A stretch of DNA of 63,173 nt, filler included, from Deltaproteobacteria bacterium (GCA_016202395.1; 4 parts of 4 records of this genome joined end to end with filler, not necessarily neighbours in it); one strand, 5' to 3'. Numbered from the whole stretch's first letter, positions 50,951-59,694 are shown. The notes: a model not told the origin generated them from the letters alone. Numbers and translations are program-made.

Positions 50951-53445
50951 TAACAACACCCTCCACCGGGAGTACAACACCCCTCGGAGTTGATCTCTGT
51001 AATTTTCTTTGTCGGATCGGTCACTGTGAAAACCGTTTTATACGGAGCGGCGCTCAACTTGGCTGCCGTATCGGTACAAACCTCTACCGGCACATGGCGC
51101 GGGAAGAGGTGCCCCTCCTCATCCATCACCGCCGTGAAAGGGCCATGATAAATTACTCTTTGACCGATGTAAACACATCCTTTTTTCTTTTCGTATTTGT
51201 ATCCCCGCACCGTCACCGAGTAGAAAGGATAGCCTTCAACCTCTTTCCAATAACTCTTCTGCAAAACCTCGATTCCATAGAACCCCGCCTGCTCGAGAAA
51301 AGAAAACAGCTCCCCCTCGGTGAGAGCTCCTGCTAAACATTCCCCCCAAAGATGTTCGTTCACGCGGAGGTGAAGAGGAACCTCCTCCTCACACACGATG
51401 TCGGAGATCACAAATCGGCCGTGATCTTTCAAGATCCGCCAGATTTCGGCGAACACCGCTTTTTTGTCGGGAGAAAGATTAATCACGCAGTTGGAAGTGA
51501 CACAATCGATCGCTTGATCCGAGAGAGGGATTTTTTCAAGAAAGCCTTTGCGAAACTCCATCCCATCATAACCGAGCGCTTGCGCCACCCGCGGTCTGTT
51601 TTTATTCGCCACCTTCAACATCTCATCGGTCATATCGATTCCAAAGACCTTTCCTCTGGAGCCCACCTTCTTCGCAGCGATAAAGCAATCAATCCCTCCC
51701 CCTGAGCCAAGATCGGCATACGTCTCCCCCTCTTTCAATCCGGTTAATGAAACGGGAGAACCGCAACCATAGAATCGATCCAACACCTCTTTTGGAATAT
51801 GCAAAGTGTCTTCGGCGGGGTAGTTTGTTGGGCAACAGAGATCGGCTTGAGGGATCTGGGCAGCCTTTCCATAAAAGGATTGCACCACTTTGTGAGGCCT
51901 CTCCACATCGAACGAGAGAACGCAATTGGAATGAACGGTTTGCACCTCGCGATCCACGGAGACCGCCCCCTCTTCGATGCCACACGCCATGGCCCCTTCC
52001 CCCATCGCATGAAAAAAGAGAGGGGGGTTGTAGCCCGACAGGCCATTGAAAATCTCTTTGCGGCGCTTCGCGAGCTCCACCATCACCTCCTCAGCCATCG
52101 CGGCATAAACGGGGTAATAGGGATCCTCGGCGAGAAAATTCCCCTCCCCTTCCATCGGCTCGCCATAGAAATAGGAATGTTCGATGTCGCCACCCCCAGT
52201 CAAAAAGTGGAGCCCATCGCCATTAAGCCCTCTTTTCTGAATGAGCGAAATTTGCCGAATCTTTTGCGCAATAGCGCTCTCTTTCCACACCTTTTCGATC
52301 CCATCCTGCAACGCATCGCCTAAGACAAGAGGAGGATGCCCCGCCAATGCGGCCGAAGGGTAGAGTTTCCCATCGGAATAAAGACAGAGGCTCTCCCAAC
52401 AGGCATTGCTCAAATCAAATCGGGTCCCGCGCGGAGCATTGATCCGTTGCTGAATCGATGCATAGTTATCGAACAAAACCCCAACTTGATCGGCCCCTTT
52501 TTTGACCTCACGACACAGCGCTATCAACGCTTGAACTGTTGGAAACTGATCCCTGCATCTCTCCATGGCCCGACCCCGCCGATGCATCCACATCAAATGG
52601 ACGGAACGAGCGCCGCAGCGGGCCGCTAACTCGGGCAGCTGTTCCAACTCTTTAAGATTACTTTGGGTGACAACGGCGGTGAGGGAGGTGGTAAAACCCA
52701 GAGCGGTTATTTTCTGGGTTCCCTCTAAGATTTTTTCAAACGTGCCATCTCCTCGAAGGCGATCGTTGGCGCTGGAGGTGGTCCCGTCCAAACTCACCTG
52801 AAGAAAAAGTCTCTCTCGATCGCAAGCATCGAGCTTTTTGAGGCGCTCCTCCGAAAATAGGGTCGCGTTGGTGAGGATGATCAACTCGGAGGCCTTCAGG
52901 CGCGTGACCTCTTCGACGAGATCAAAGATCTCCTTTCGAGCCAAAGGCTCGCCCCCCGTAAAATAGAAACGTCGAGCCCCTAGCGAGTAAGCCTCATCGA
53001 GGAGCCTCCTTAAATCTTTCATCGGGAGGCCACGATCCCCGTGGGGAGAAGAACCCACCAGGCAATGAGAGCAACTTAGGTTGCAGAAATTGTGCACGTG
53101 CACCCAAAATTCGCGTAGCTGCGACAACTGAAGATAACGCTCTCGTCCCAGATAACCATTCTCTGGGAACGGAGAAGACCCCGCGATTCGATGTCGCAAC
53201 GCCTCGCTCACAAAGGTGTGAACATGAAACCAAGATTTCGGAGAATCTTCGTTCCATCGCTCGGAATATTTTCTAAGGATCGAGCCGAAAGGGATGCGCT
53301 CTTGCAAACAGGAGAGAATAAAGGCCCCTCGATCATCGGTAGCAACCCAATTGGGGGTATTGGCGTCAATAAAAAATTCAATCCCTTCTCTCGTAAAATG
53401 TCGCAGCTTTGGGGTGTGTAAAACTGTGTTCTCACGAAGCTCCAT
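50950..53445 (-). CDS. Radical SAM - arsenite methyltransferase (ArsM-like) fusion
   Basis: CNLSCSHC, FTGGEP, VSLDG; C-terminal LCCP, YGCGSP, DLGSGGG, SNCVINL, WGECLAGA; terminal CCTPGGGCC. Confidence 0.88.
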   Translation of the reverse strand: MELRENTVLHTPKLRHFTREGIEFFIDANTPNWVATDDRGAFILSCLQERIPFGSILRKYSERWNEDSPKSWFHVHTFVSEALRHRIAGSSPFPENGYLGRERYLQLSQLREFWVHVHNFCNLSCSHCLVGSSPHGDRGLPMKDLRRLLDEAYSLGARRFYFTGGEPLARKEIFDLVEEVTRLKASELIILTNATLFSEERLKKLDACDRERLFLQVSLDGTTSSANDRLRGDGTFEKILEGTQKITALGFTTSLTAVVTQSNLKELEQLPELAARCGARSVHLMWMHRRGRAMERCRDQFPTVQALIALCREVKKGADQVGVLFDNYASIQQRINAPRGTRFDLSNACWESLCLYSDGKLYPSAALAGHPPLVLGDALQDGIEKVWKESAIAQKIRQISLIQKRGLNGDGLHFLTGGGDIEHSYFYGEPMEGEGNFLAEDPYYPVYAAMAEEVMVELAKRRKEIFNGLSGYNPPLFFHAMGEGAMACGIEEGAVSVDREVQTVHSNCVLSFDVERPHKVVQSFYGKAAQIPQADLCCPTNYPAEDTLHIPKEVLDRFYGCGSPVSLTGLKEGETYADLGSGGGIDCFIAAKKVGSRGKVFGIDMTDEMLKVANKNRPRVAQALGYDGMEFRKGFLEKIPLSDQAIDCVTSNCVINLSPDKKAVFAEIWRILKDHGRFVISDIVCEEEVPLHLRVNEHLWGECLAGALTEGELFSFLEQAGFYGIEVLQKSYWKEVEGYPFYSVTVRGYKYEKKKGCVYIGQRVIYHGPFTAVMDEEGHLFPRHVPVEVCTDTAAKLSAAPYKTVFTVTDPTKKITEINSEGCCTPGGGCC

Positions 53446-54112
53446 GACATTCTCCTTTTATATTCTGTAAATAAACACGCAGTTTTTCTTGATAACGTGT
53501 CCTTTCATGAAGGTTTTCTAAATCCTGCCAGGCCAGCGTCAAATCCTCGGGACGATCAATATCATACCATTCCGGCAACAGTTGGTAAGACCATCCCAGC
53601 GATTTCAGATGGGCAACCGTCTCGGATAGGACCGAGGATTGACTCCAAGAGATCCCCTGAAAAATTTTGCGATCGATCCGCCGCAGTCCGAGGGTGTAGT
53701 AGCCTCCATCGCGAGTGGGACCTAAAACACAATCGTACTGTTTTATGAGTTGGATCCCCTGCCGAAGAAATTCCGTCGGAAGGGTCGGGGCGTCGGAGCC
53801 GAGGATAAAAACGGGCCCCTCCTTTTCTTGGAAAAGGGTAGCGAAGGTATGCCACATCCGCTCACCGAGATCCCCTGAAGTTTGTGTACGAAAAGATCGA
53901 TGTGGAAACAACGCCTCGAGATAGTTTTGATCCTCCTCTCCAAAGGTCCAGATCTGAGAGTGAACCGCGCCCAAGGACTCCACCTGCTCCACAACCGTTT
54001 GCAGGGAGAGTTGATAGACCTCAGCGGCCTCCGCGGGATGAAGCACGGGGAAGAGTCGGGTTTTGACTTGCCCAGGCCGAGGAGCTTTGACATAAATGAC
54101 CATGACCACCAT
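53432..54112 (-). CDS. DUF2064 / TIGR04282-like transferase (arsenosugar-cluster associated)
   Basis: KAPRPGQVKTRL, GDLGERM, GSDAP, GPTRDGGYY, DIDRPED. Confidence 0.9.
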   Translation of the reverse strand: MVVMVIYVKAPRPGQVKTRLFPVLHPAEAAEVYQLSLQTVVEQVESLGAVHSQIWTFGEEDQNYLEALFPHRSFRTQTSGDLGERMWHTFATLFQEKEGPVFILGSDAPTLPTEFLRQGIQLIKQYDCVLGPTRDGGYYTLGLRRIDRKIFQGISWSQSSVLSETVAHLKSLGWSYQLLPEWYDIDRPEDLTLAWQDLENLHERTRYQEKLRVYLQNIKGECHGAS

Positions 54113-54259
54113 CGCTGCACCCCCACTTTACCACATCTACAGCGAATTGACTTGCAGCGCCTCAAAAGTAATGGTAGCATGGACCCATTACGTGTATCCG
54201 CAATCCTCAAACTTTGGAAAAGGAGGAGTGGACGCGACTAGGAAATGGAGGTGGCACCG

Positions 54260-54490
54260 ATGAAAGATCTAGTGGAAATGATCGCGAAAGCGCTGGTCGA
54301 TAAACCGGAAGATGTGAAGGTTCGAGAGGTCTCAGGAGAACATACCTCCGTCCTCGAACTTCAAGTGGCTAAGGAGGACGTTGGGAAGGTTATCGGGAAG
54401 AAAGGATCTCATGCCCAGGCCATCCGAACGCTACTGGCAGCTGCCAGTGGTAAGACGGACAAACGGTATACCTTAGAAATTATCGACTGA
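54260..54490 (+). CDS. khpA: KH domain RNA-binding protein (KhpA/YlqC-like)
   Basis: IAKALVD.P, DVGKVIGKKG; RBS GGAGGT. Confidence 0.88.
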   Translation: MKDLVEMIAKALVDKPEDVKVREVSGEHTSVLELQVAKEDVGKVIGKKGSHAQAIRTLLAAASGKTDKRYTLEIID

Positions 54491-54619
54491 AAGGCTGTTG
54501 AAAAAGTCCATCTGCTGCGTTGCCCTCGTCGGCCACTCCCTGCGGCGTACCTACAAAGTACGCCTCGGTCGGGCCTCCTCGGGCGCCTTGCATCTGGAGC
54601 TTTTTGAACAGCCTTTCAG
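54487..54619. mobile_element. 133-bp MITE-like structured element overlapping the khpA stop
   Basis: IRs CTGAAAGGCTGTTGAAAAA / TTTTTGAACAGCCTTTCAG; central GGCGTAC..GTACGCC. Confidence 0.78.
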
Positions 54620-54776
54620 AAATGGGACCTTCTCAACCAGAACTCAAAAGTGTGTATTTTCCTTAACAGTTCCCCTGTAAGAAACCTTCACACTAAAAAA
54701 TGATTAAAAACAACGGGTTATCTATTATCCCCCAAAAGACCTGTTAAAATTAGTTTACAATGCTCTTGGAATCTTC

Positions 54777-54876
54777 NNNNNNNNNNNNNNNNNNNNNNNN
54801 NNNNNNNNNNNNNNNNNNNNTTAATTAATTAANNNNNNNNNNNNNNNNNNNNNNNNNNNNNNNNNNNNNNNNNNNN
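54777..54876. other. Artificial contig linker
   Basis: N run with TTAATTAATTAA. Confidence 0.98.
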
Positions 54877-54918
54877 GAGTAAATTATATTATATGATATG
54901 GTTGTGTAGAGGAAAACG

Positions 54919-55164
54919 ATGGGACAAATCGCTATCTATCTTAGTTCGTCTTTGCAGGAATTGCTCGATCAAGCCGCTCAAGAGGATGGGGTGAGCCGTT
55001 CCGCCTGGGTTCAAGAGGCGGTTGAAGAGAAACTCGCCCACAAATCCTTTGGTGAGGATTGGTTTCAACTCTGGGGATCGTGGGAGGATAAGAGATCGGT
55101 TTCAGAGATATTAAAAGATCTGGATCAGGGCTACCTGGAAAAAGAGAGAACCCCGATTCAATGA
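54919..55164 (+). CDS. Ribbon-helix-helix antitoxin (VapB-like)
   Basis: IAIYL..LDQAA..GVSRSAWVQEAV; ATGA overlap with the PIN toxin. Confidence 0.8.
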   Translation: MGQIAIYLSSSLQELLDQAAQEDGVSRSAWVQEAVEEKLAHKSFGEDWFQLWGSWEDKRSVSEILKDLDQGYLEKERTPIQ

Positions 55165-55565
55165 GATATATTCTGGATACCGATATTTGCATTTACATCC
55201 TCAACGATGCGGCGCCTCAGCTCCGTTCTTATTTTGAGAAGTGGGGTCCCGACCAAATCTGCATTAGCACTCTTACAGAGGCAGAACTTTATTACGGCGC
55301 GCTTCACTCTTCAAAGCCTAAAAAGAATCAGGAAAAAATTCAAAAATTCGTAATGCCGTTTCCCAGAATTCCTTTTGATTCTTCCGCTGCCTTTGAGTTC
55401 GCGGCCGTGAAGGAAGAACTCACACGGAAAGGTCGGCCGATCGGAGCCGTAGATATGTTGATTGGAGCGATCGCGAAAGCTCATGGCCTGATTCTTGTTT
55501 CCAATAATATAAAGCATTTCAAGCTGATTACTGGACTTAAAGTGGAAAATTGGCTTGAAGAGTAG
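55161..55565 (+). CDS. vapC: VapC PIN-domain toxin
   Basis: YILDTDICI, AELYYG, GRPIG..DMLIGAIA, LVSNN..HF. Confidence 0.92.
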   Translation: MRYILDTDICIYILNDAAPQLRSYFEKWGPDQICISTLTEAELYYGALHSSKPKKNQEKIQKFVMPFPRIPFDSSAAFEFAAVKEELTRKGRPIGAVDMLIGAIAKAHGLILVSNNIKHFKLITGLKVENWLEE

Positions 55566-55575
55566 CACGTAAGAT

Positions 55576-55596
55576 GGGGTCCGACTTCGGTATTTC
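55576..55596 (+). repeat. Solo REP-like half-site
   Basis: GGGGTCCGACTTCGGTATTTC, 10 nt after the vapC stop. Confidence 0.75.
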
Positions 55597-55707
55597 TTAT
55601 GGGAATAGGATTACGGAGGGCTCCATTCGGGCGTTTGGAAGTTTCTATGTTTCGTGGTATCCTCAAGTAAGAAAGTAGGAAATTGTAGGAAAATAGGAGT
55701 AAGCCTT

Positions 55708-55953
55708 ATGATGACACGAATGAGAGAAAAGGGCCAGGTGACGATCCCTTTGGATATCCGGGAGTCATTGCGTTTGGCGAAGGATTCTCTACTATCCGTT
55801 GCCAAGGTGGGGGATGGAATTTTCTTGACTCCTGAGCCATCGGTTTTTGAATCCGTCTCGGGAAAATTTTCGAAAACTGCTGAAGAAAAAGGGATCACTT
55901 TGGAACGTCTGCTCAAGGATTTGAAAAAAATCCGACATCACAAAGAATCCTAA
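55708..55953 (+). CDS. AbrB/MazE/SpoVT-family antitoxin
   Basis: EKGQVTIPLDIRESL; TAATG overlap with the PIN gene. Confidence 0.85.
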   Translation: MMTRMREKGQVTIPLDIRESLRLAKDSLLSVAKVGDGIFLTPEPSVFESVSGKFSKTAEEKGITLERLLKDLKKIRHHKES

Positions 55954-56405
55954 TGGCCATTCCTCCCTATCGTCTCTTTTTTGACACGAGCGTCTATATC
56001 GCTGCTTTGCTCTTGCCGAGTGGCGCGGCAGGGGAGCTTGTGCGTTTAGCCGAGGCGGGCGCTATTCGGATGATTGTTTCAGAAAAAGTGATTACCGAGG
56101 CAGATAGAGTGTTGGCCACAAAATTTCCAGAGCTTATTCAGGAAAGTCGTAAACTCTGGAAGCGCTTAAGCCCTGAGATGGCCCCCGATCCGGTCGCTAG
56201 CCAAATGAAGCCGTTTTTAGAGAAATTACTGCAAGGTGACGCCTCAATTCTTTGCGCCGCTCATCTAGCCAAACCTATGGCGTTTGTGACATGGAATACC
56301 CGTGATTTCATGACCCGTGGTGTGGCCTCTTTGGTTGATTTCCCAATCGTTGTGCCAGCAGATGGCCTTACACTTTTCAGAAAGTGGATCGGACATTTTC
56401 TGTAG
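55953..56405 (+). CDS. PIN-domain toxin
   Basis: LFFDTSVYIAA, DASILCAA, FVTWNTRDF. Confidence 0.85.
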   Translation: MAIPPYRLFFDTSVYIAALLLPSGAAGELVRLAEAGAIRMIVSEKVITEADRVLATKFPELIQESRKLWKRLSPEMAPDPVASQMKPFLEKLLQGDASILCAAHLAKPMAFVTWNTRDFMTRGVASLVDFPIVVPADGLTLFRKWIGHFL

Positions 56406-56409
56406 AATT

Positions 56410-56430
56410 GGGGGCCGGCTTCGGGATTTC
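56410..56430 (+). repeat. Solo REP-like half-site (degenerate)
   Basis: GGGGGCCGGCTTCGGGATTTC fills the gap between the PIN and Rhs stop codons. Confidence 0.65.
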
Positions 56431-56431
56431 G

Positions 56432-57484
56432 TTAATTATATCCGTGTGTGTACCAATATGAAACCGGTTGGGAAATTGCTGCACCCAAAACGTTGTTTAG
56501 CTGGGCATGAACATCAACCCAATGTTGATGCGCTTCTAATTGCCCTGATCCGTACCACTCCGATAACTGAGCGGTTAGGTCTGCCTGAAGTTTCATAACA
56601 AAACCACCCACTTCTGTTTTTGGAATTTTTGTTTCTGCCCCATACAGCCTGCGTGCAGCTCTTTGAATGGAAGATCTTAAGCCCTCATCCTTCGTAAAAG
56701 CTTGAGCAATTGCATCTTCTAACCGCTGCATACCTGATTCTCCTTCTGCCCGCACTGACCGAAGAAGCAGGTCGGTGCGAACAGGTTCAAAGGCCCGTGC
56801 TCCTGCAGCCGGGGCTCGGCTCAACAGAATCGATTTTTCACCTGTTGCGACCATTGTGGGCGCTCCCCTCGAAACATAGAAGGCTGCCGCTATTACGAAT
56901 ACGGCAGCATATTTATACCCGTCGGGCAACTCGTCGATCTTTTTAGTCAAGGGGTAGTTCGCCACAGCGTCCAGTCCATCGAAATAAGCCTCCAAAGCCA
57001 TACCCACGTAATCATCCAATGCATAAGCCCGTTGGAGCGCTTTTTGCTGCACTTTTCGAGTTTCAGGATCTACTTCATAATCGATGGTTTTATTAAATCC
57101 CCCTGTGGGATCGATATAGCGGAGCGGATTGTTTCGAGCATATCCATACCGATGAAGCTGTTGGGGATCGTGGAGATAAGCCGATGGACCGATCGGATCG
57201 CTCGAGATAAACCGTGCCACAGTCAGGTCGGCATACCGCGCTTCGTAATAGTAAAGATCGCTCGATTCGTCGCTTTCCTGGCCGGTAAAAAGAAAAAGGG
57301 TCGCTGCCGATCCGCTCCTAGATTCGCCAAAGGGCTCGTACTGAATTGCCTGCGCAACAGCGCCGTCCCCTCTCGTTACGATAGAAGCCGAACCTACGGC
57401 ATCGAGATGGGTATAATCAACCCCTGCCTGCGAAACACCGAACATGAGAAAAGAAACCAGAAAGAGAAACACCGTTCTGCCCAT
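56432..57484 (-). CDS. Signal-peptide mini-Rhs protein (Rhs-associated core + unknown C-terminal domain)
   Basis: YEPFGE, FTGQE, LYYYEARY, RFISSDPIG, YGYARNNPLRYIDPTG. Confidence 0.85.
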   Translation of the reverse strand: MGRTVFLFLVSFLMFGVSQAGVDYTHLDAVGSASIVTRGDGAVAQAIQYEPFGESRSGSAATLFLFTGQESDESSDLYYYEARYADLTVARFISSDPIGPSAYLHDPQQLHRYGYARNNPLRYIDPTGGFNKTIDYEVDPETRKVQQKALQRAYALDDYVGMALEAYFDGLDAVANYPLTKKIDELPDGYKYAAVFVIAAAFYVSRGAPTMVATGEKSILLSRAPAAGARAFEPVRTDLLLRSVRAEGESGMQRLEDAIAQAFTKDEGLRSSIQRAARRLYGAETKIPKTEVGGFVMKLQADLTAQLSEWYGSGQLEAHQHWVDVHAQLNNVLGAAISQPVSYWYTHGYN

Positions 57485-57537
57485 AGAGATTGCCTTTCAA
57501 GTTTTCGTTCCGAGTCTTTCTAGCACATCTTCGCAAC

Positions 57538-58494
57538 TTAGGTCAATGGTTTGTAAGCGCTCTCAACGAAACGGAGGACTTGTTCCTCAAGGCGGACGTT
57601 GTAGAGTCGATTGATCTGTTGAACGCCAGTGGGGCTGGTGACGTTCACCTCCGTCAAATACCCGCCAATCACATCGATTCCCACAAAGTGAAGCCCTTCT
57701 TTTTGCAGCTCTGGCTTCAGCGTTTCGCAGATCTCCCGATCCCTTCGTGTGATCGATGTTTTGACCGGCTTTCCTCCAGCGCGCAGGTTTCCCCGGTAGT
57801 CCTCTTTGGAGGGGATTCGAAGGAGAGTTCCAATCGGTTCTCCGTTGAGAAGAACAATCCTTTTGTCCCCTTGCCGCGACTCGGGAAGATATCTTTGAGC
57901 AAGAATGGGCTGTTTCCCTTCGAGGGTCGTCAACTCTAAAAGGGCATGTTTGTTTTTGTCGGCTCGATCGACGTAAACGATTCCTCGTCCGGCGTAGCTG
58001 TTGATCGGTTTTACGATAATCTTTCCCCCCACATCGTTCATAAATTCAAGGATACGTTGGGGATCACTACTCACCAAATGCTCAGGGACGAGTTTTGGAA
58101 ACCGAAGCGCGAAGAGCTTTTCATTGGCGTTTCGCAGTCCCATCGCGTTGTTGATAACCCAAGTGGGGGATGGGATCCTTTCTAAAAGGTAGGTCGCAGC
58201 CAGGTAGTTATCGTCGAAAGGAGGATCTTTGCGCATGAAAACGATATCCAACTCATGGAGAGGCACAATCTTTTTCGGCCCGAGTTTGTAAAACGTTTTT
58301 CCACGTCGGATTTCGATGGGGTAGAGCTCTCCGTAAGGAACGCCTTCTCTCAAAAAAAGCTGAGGGAGCGTGAAATAAAAGTTTTTATGCCCTCGTTTCT
58401 GCGCCTCTTGCATAAAAACCAATGTGGTATCGGTGTAAGGGTTGATGGTCTCCATCGGATCCATCAGAAATCCCATTTGCAGTTTCTTGTTCAT
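57538..58494 (-). CDS. gshB: Glutathione synthetase
   Basis: FLMDP, MRKDPPFD, NANEKL, GDKRI, GIDVIG.YLTEVNVTSPTG. Confidence 0.93.
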   Translation of the reverse strand: MNKKLQMGFLMDPMETINPYTDTTLVFMQEAQKRGHKNFYFTLPQLFLREGVPYGELYPIEIRRGKTFYKLGPKKIVPLHELDIVFMRKDPPFDDNYLAATYLLERIPSPTWVINNAMGLRNANEKLFALRFPKLVPEHLVSSDPQRILEFMNDVGGKIIVKPINSYAGRGIVYVDRADKNKHALLELTTLEGKQPILAQRYLPESRQGDKRIVLLNGEPIGTLLRIPSKEDYRGNLRAGGKPVKTSITRRDREICETLKPELQKEGLHFVGIDVIGGYLTEVNVTSPTGVQQINRLYNVRLEEQVLRFVESAYKPLT

Positions 58495-59534
58495 CAGTCC
58501 CCCTTCATTTGAATCCATTCGTGCAGTCCCTCTCCCTGAAATAATCTTCCATCCGGAAGTTCTATTTGATACTGATTGCTGAATTCATAGAGAACAGGGC
58601 GAAGGTTCAGCCACTCCAGAATCGGTTTTGCGATTGCAGGGACCCTTCCCGCAGGATCAATCCGAATCAGAAGCTTCCCTGTTTGAAAATCGACTTTCAG
58701 GGTCTTAGGCCCCTCGCTCCCTTTGTAGGTCCATTTCAAAGGAAAATGTCGCTTGGAGAGAGGATCTTCTTGAATCTCCGAGTGTGTCACATTAATTTCA
58801 GACGTCTCCAAAAGAAGTTTATCTTTTTCAAAGAGGACCATCATTCCAACCTGAGGAGACTCTTTTTTTCGCGGTTGAAAGATTATCGCATGAGCAGAAA
58901 ACCCCGGTTGGATCATGTGAAAATTATACCATTGATCGGCAAAATTGGGGGCCGCATTTTGGACGCTGTGATCGCCATAGCCGATTCCTGTTACCTGGAT
59001 CTCTTTCCCTTGGAAGGAGAGCGTTCCTTCCACTTGAGCGAGAGGATTATGCATGTAGAATCGTATAAATTTTTTGTCGCTGAATGGGACTGTTCCATCG
59101 CGATAAGTCCATCCGGGAGCGATGTTGTGGAATGTGAGTTTGGCGGAAAATTGGGGGAATGCGATCTCCACCTTTTGGCGCTGAGTGTTTCCACTCCATC
59201 GATGAGGTCCCACACTAAAGGCGGGGTTGTTTTTTTCTAAAGAAACTTTTTCCCAGGGATATTCTTCTGTGGCATAGATAACCTCTCCTTCAGGGGTGAT
59301 GAGAGTGGCTTCTGCGGAGGGATCTCCCAGCCGTTTTAAAATAATCCGCCCATTCAAGAGATACCCTTGGTCCAATTTTGAGATAAAATTCCAGGTCTCG
59401 ATATAGAAAGACTCTTTCAAGAGATCCGGCGTTATCGCCTCCATCATCGACTCCGATTGGGGATGAACAAAGGCCTCAAAAGCATAGGTCGTTGAAATTG
59501 TGAGCATCCCTAGCAGGACCATGATTTGACGCAT
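58494..59534 (-). CDS. Exported beta-rich protein (lipocalin/AttH/Svf1-like)
   Basis: Signal peptide; ETWNF, VEGTL..G.GYGDH motif; TGATG coupling to gshB. Confidence 0.55.
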   Translation of the reverse strand: MRQIMVLLGMLTISTTYAFEAFVHPQSESMMEAITPDLLKESFYIETWNFISKLDQGYLLNGRIILKRLGDPSAEATLITPEGEVIYATEEYPWEKVSLEKNNPAFSVGPHRWSGNTQRQKVEIAFPQFSAKLTFHNIAPGWTYRDGTVPFSDKKFIRFYMHNPLAQVEGTLSFQGKEIQVTGIGYGDHSVQNAAPNFADQWYNFHMIQPGFSAHAIIFQPRKKESPQVGMMVLFEKDKLLLETSEINVTHSEIQEDPLSKRHFPLKWTYKGSEGPKTLKVDFQTGKLLIRIDPAGRVPAIAKPILEWLNLRPVLYEFSNQYQIELPDGRLFQGEGLHEWIQMKGD

Positions 59535-59575
59535 GATGGAGGGAATACCATATCGTCTTTGTGTAGTAAAGCAAT

Positions 59576-59694
59576 TGTACTGGACGGGTACATCGGTAAC
59601 ACTTTATGATGTTGGTAATGGAAGGCGATGGGGGTTTGATATCCCAGGGCCTGATGGGGTCGATGGAAGTTATATTCAATCAACCATTCTGTCA
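59576..59694 (-). mobile_element. 3' end of an IS481-like element (integrase C-terminus plus terminal IR)
   Basis: Minus-strand frame EWLIEYNFHRPHQALGYQTP; terminus TGTACTGGACGGGTACATCGGTAACAC at 59576. Confidence 0.75.

Noticed and set aside
49099-54112. Selenocysteine recoding in the radical SAM/TIGR04282-04283 cluster
   Set aside because: The fusion ORF is uninterrupted and ends in TAG; the TGA of the upstream transferase is at the normal family length and overlaps the next gene.
54498-54680. 60-aa ORF after khpA (and ORFs 39621-40022, 39700-40233)
   Set aside because: Translations of MITE-like repeats or of etfA in other frames.
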